Made by a program: the position numbers and the translations under genes. Shown in pieces: positions 61,467 to 64,000 of a stretch of 64,000 nucleotides of DNA (positions are counted from its first letter, which is position 1; the number at the start of each line of letters is the position of its first letter). The DNA is taken from contig CAWAHN010000014.1 of assembly GCA_963781845.1 (NCBI GenBank), positions 16,285-80,284 of the forward strand. Reading direction: 5' to 3'. Source of the stretch: an uncultured Chloroflexia bacterium (GTDB taxonomy: Bacteria > Chloroflexota > Limnocylindria > Limnocylindrales > CSP1-4). Under the pieces are notes generated by a model. That model saw only the letters and a program-made list of their open reading frames with translations. It was not told the origin of the DNA and made no database searches.

Positions 61467-62270
61467 CTAGGTCGGGCCGGACGCGACACCGCTCGACAGG
61501 ACGGGCGGCGTGGGCGTCGTCCGACCGGACGTCGGCTCGCGCGTGAGGGCGATCGTCACGCCCGGGCCGGTCGGGGCACGCTCGGCGGCCAGCGTCCCGA
61601 AGCCCGCGGCGTCCGGCACGAACGAACCGATGGCGACCGGCGTCTTGTCCGCCTCGATGACCCAGGCCTCATAGACCTCGCTGCCGGCCGTCGGCGCCAA
61701 CCCGCGCATCGCGATCCGGACCGTCCCGTCCGCCCCCACCGCGGCGATCCCCGATGGACCGCCGGGCTTCGCCGGAGCGAGGATCGCGGCCTGACCCCCG
61801 GCCGTCCCGGCCAGCGCGAGGACGCGATCGACCGCCGCCCCGTACGCCTGCGCGCCGTCGAGGTCGCGGCGGAGCGACACGTTCCAGGCGGCCAGCCCCA
61901 CGATGAGGAGGACGGCGGCGATCGACGCCACCCAGACGAGCGGCGAGCGCCGCCGCGTCCGCTCGGCGTCGATCGAGACGATGGCCGGCGGGCCCGACGC
62001 AGCCGCCGGATGGGTGGCGGCCTCCGCAGCGACGGCCGCCAGCATGCGACCGCGAAGCGCGGCCGGCGGCGGCATCGGCTCGAGCGAGTCGGCGAGGTAC
62101 GGGACCGCGCCGCCGAGCTCCGCGAACTCCGCGTGGGCTTCCGGGCAGCCGGCCAGGTGTTGGCGCACGGCCGTCATCTCGGCCGGGTCGAGCGCCCCGA
62201 GCACGAACCCCGCGGCCAGCTCGCGGACCTCGTCACAGGACAGAGGCATCGAGGCCGGTCGGTCGGTCAT
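61467..62270 (-). CDS. Anti-sigma factor (zinc-finger N-terminus, single TM, RskA-like extracytoplasmic domain).
   Basis: N-terminal H..C..C-type motif (LSCDEVRELAAGF...HLAGCPEAHAEF), a TM helix (LVWVASIAAVLLIVGLAAW), 267 aa. It lies immediately downstream of, and is ATGA-coupled to, the ECF sigma gene. Confidence 0.7.
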   Translation of the reverse strand: MTDRPASMPLSCDEVRELAAGFVLGALDPAEMTAVRQHLAGCPEAHAEFAELGGAVPYLADSLEPMPPPAALRGRMLAAVAAEAATHPAAASGPPAIVSIDAERTRRRSPLVWVASIAAVLLIVGLAAWNVSLRRDLDGAQAYGAAVDRVLALAGTAGGQAAILAPAKPGGPSGIAAVGADGTVRIAMRGLAPTAGSEVYEAWVIEADKTPVAIGSFVPDAAGFGTLAAERAPTGPGVTIALTREPTSGRTTPTPPVLSSGVASGPT

Positions 62271-62893
62271 CGCCCGCCCGTCCCTTCATCGGCGGTCGGA
62301 CCGTCCCCGACCAGGACGCCGCGCAACGACAGCAGCCCCAGTCGCATCCGGCTCTTGACCGTTCCCAACGGCGTCCCGGTCCGGTCGGCGATCTCCTGCT
62401 GGGTGAGCCCACCGAAGTACCCGAGCTCGAGGGCTTCTCGCTGGACGTCGCTGAGGGTCGACAGCGCAGCGACGACCGTGTCCCGATCGAGTCGGCCGGC
62501 GACTTCGGGCCAGAGGTCGGGCAAGGTGAGGGGCTCAGGCGTCGGTCCACCGTCCGGTTCCGGGAGCTCGGCCGTCGGGCGCCGTCGCCGGATCGCGTCG
62601 ATCGCGCGGTGGTGGACGATCGACAGGAGCCAGGTCTTGACGCTTCCGCGTCCCTGTTCGTAGCGTGCCGCGTTGCGCCAGGCCCCGATGAACGCGTCCT
62701 GGACGACATCCTCCGCCAGAGCGGCATCGCCCGTGATCCGGGAAGCTAGAGCGAAGGCCATGGCCCCATAGCGGTCGTACAGGATCTCGATCTCTCCATG
62801 GTCGCCCGCCGCGACATGCTCGAGGACAAGGCGATCCGCGTCGTCATCGGCGCTCGCCACACGGCCGGGGACGGGACCCGACCGTGCATTCAC
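62267..62893 (-). CDS. ECF (sigma-70 family group IV) RNA polymerase sigma factor, SigK-like.
   Basis: Region 2 (ILYDRYGAMAFALASRITGD...DVVQDAFIGAW) and region 4 HTH (LTQQEIADRTGTPLGTVKSR). 208 aa. Confidence 0.85.
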   Translation of the reverse strand: MNARSGPVPGRVASADDDADRLVLEHVAAGDHGEIEILYDRYGAMAFALASRITGDAALAEDVVQDAFIGAWRNAARYEQGRGSVKTWLLSIVHHRAIDAIRRRRPTAELPEPDGGPTPEPLTLPDLWPEVAGRLDRDTVVAALSTLSDVQREALELGYFGGLTQQEIADRTGTPLGTVKSRMRLGLLSLRGVLVGDGPTADEGTGGR

Positions 62894-63609
62894 GGGTGGA
62901 TGCGCAGGATGGGCCGGCTTGGTTCAGTGGCGGTGCCGATGCGCGCCAGGATGGCGCCGAGCGCGGTCTCGACGACCGCATCCACCGGCGCCGTCGCATC
63001 GATCAACCGGAACCGCTCCGGTTGGTGGGCCGCGAGGGCGAGGTATCCGTCGCGGACCCGGCGATGGAAGGCGAGGTCGAAGGTCGCCTCGAACCGGGTC
63101 TGCTCGTCGACCTGCTTGCGGGCCAGGCCGGTCTCGACGGGCAGGTCGAGGAGCAAAGTCAGATCCGGGCGGAGACCGCCCGTGGCGAAGTCCTGGAGCT
63201 CGCGCAGGGCGGCTTGCGGAAGGCCGCCGCCGTAGCCTTGATAGGCCAGGCTCGAGTCCGCGTGCCGGACACCGATGACCAGCGCGCCGCGATCGAGCGC
63301 CGGACGGATCACCTCGGCCACCAGCTGGGCCCGACTGGCGCCGAAGAGCAGGGCGTCGGTGCGGGGATCGTGCGGGAGGTCGCCCGGTGCATGGTCGAGG
63401 ACGATGTGGCGGACCGCCTCGCCCACCGCCGTTCCGCCCGGCTCACGAGTCTGCACGACGTCGAACCCTCGGGCCAGGAGCTCATCGGCCAGGATCCCGG
63501 CGACGAGCGTCTTGCCGGCCCCGTCCGGCCCCTCGATGGTGATGAACCAGCCGCGGCCGGGGGCCGTCGTTCCATCCTTCACGGCCGCGAGTGTACCCCG
63601 CGGAGTCAT
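62890..63609 (-). CDS. tmk: Thymidylate kinase.
   Basis: P-loop FITIEGPDGAGKT, DRY-like and lid motifs. Start at MTPRGTLA (63609). The 61-aa N-terminal extension in the track ORF was rejected. Confidence 0.85.
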   Translation of the reverse strand: MTPRGTLAAVKDGTTAPGRGWFITIEGPDGAGKTLVAGILADELLARGFDVVQTREPGGTAVGEAVRHIVLDHAPGDLPHDPRTDALLFGASRAQLVAEVIRPALDRGALVIGVRHADSSLAYQGYGGGLPQAALRELQDFATGGLRPDLTLLLDLPVETGLARKQVDEQTRFEATFDLAFHRRVRDGYLALAAHQPERFRLIDATAPVDAVVETALGAILARIGTATEPSRPILRIHP

Positions 63610-63642
63610 CCGGCCCGGGTCGGTCCGCGTAGGAGCGATAGG

Positions 63643-64000
63643 ATGCCGCCGATGACCCAAGCCCAAGCGACCGTGCCCGCTCGACGCCGACGTCGCGGCC
63701 GGTTCGGCGCGGTCGGGGCGGGGATCGCGCTCGCTCTCCTCCTTCCGGCGCTCGCGCTGGCCCATCCGCTCGGCAACTTCACGATCAACCACTACGCCGG
63801 GATCCGCGTCGAGCCGACCCGGGTGATCCTCGACGTCGTCATCGATCAGGCGGAGATCCCGACCTTCCAGGAGAAGCTCCGGATCGACACCGACGGGGAC
63901 GGCTCGGTCTCCGACGACGAGATCGAGGCCGAGCGGTCGACGGCCTGTCCGATCCTCGCCGAGTCCCTGACCCTGACGGTCGACGGGGCGGTGCAGCCGT
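63643..64000 (+). CDS. Exported hypothetical protein with an Arg-rich (Tat-like) signal peptide (partial; continues beyond the window).
   Basis: AGGAG 9 nt upstream of ATG. MPPMTQAQATVPARRRRRGRFGAVGAGIALALLLPALALAHPLGNFTINHYAGIRVEP... The frame is open to the window end. The track omits it because it runs off the edge. Confidence 0.5.
   Translation, partial: MPPMTQAQATVPARRRRRGRFGAVGAGIALALLLPALALAHPLGNFTINHYAGIRVEPTRVILDVVIDQAEIPTFQEKLRIDTDGDGSVSDDEIEAERSTACPILAESLTLTVDGAVQP

Overview
This 64 kb window has about 72% GC and is densely coding, with no rRNA, tRNA, CRISPR array or transposase/integrase. Gene content points to an Actinobacteria- or Chloroflexi-type genome: UPF0182, radC-mreB-mreC, ECF sigma/RskA-like anti-sigma, guaA/guaB3/glbO and a DarA-like PII protein. 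Line numbers and ORF-track coordinates disagree by +/-1 nt in places; I used the track frame and counted codons, so starts are good to a few nt. Many track ORFs are Arg/Gly-rich antisense or N-terminally extended shadows of real genes, as expected at this GC content.

The first ~40 kb is one large cell-envelope glycopolymer locus carrying four nucleotide-sugar branches:
- GDP-6-deoxyhexose (gmd plus an rmd-like reductase).
- UDP-ManNAcA (wecB plus a UDP-sugar dehydrogenase).
- A CDP-hexose branch (rfbF, rfbG, a TylC3-like C-methyltransferase, an FdtA/RmlC-like cupin, a reductase and a CmcI-family methyltransferase).
- dTDP-L-rhamnose (rmlABCD).

The locus also contains:
- Nine or more glycosyltransferases, including three paralogous GT4 genes.
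- A Wzm/Wzt-type ABC exporter.
- A polyprenol-phosphate sugar synthase (GT2) and a frameshifted GT-C membrane glycosyltransferase.
- A DegT-family homolog that appears to lack the PLP lysine.
- A DUF3048 lipoprotein.
- Two giant secreted proteins with FlgD-Ig-like repeats: one has a GH18-like domain, the other an N-terminal domain with a clan-CD-like His/Cys arrangement.

The rest of the window is housekeeping: mreBC, cvpA, radC, a CPBP protease, zinc-ribbon membrane proteins, UPF0182, guaA, glbO, a guaB3-like gene, a Nudix hydrolase, a darA-like gene, a GGDEF protein, sigK/rskA-like genes and tmk. Non-ATG starts overlapping the upstream stop by 4 nt (GTGA/ATGA/TTGA) recur throughout.
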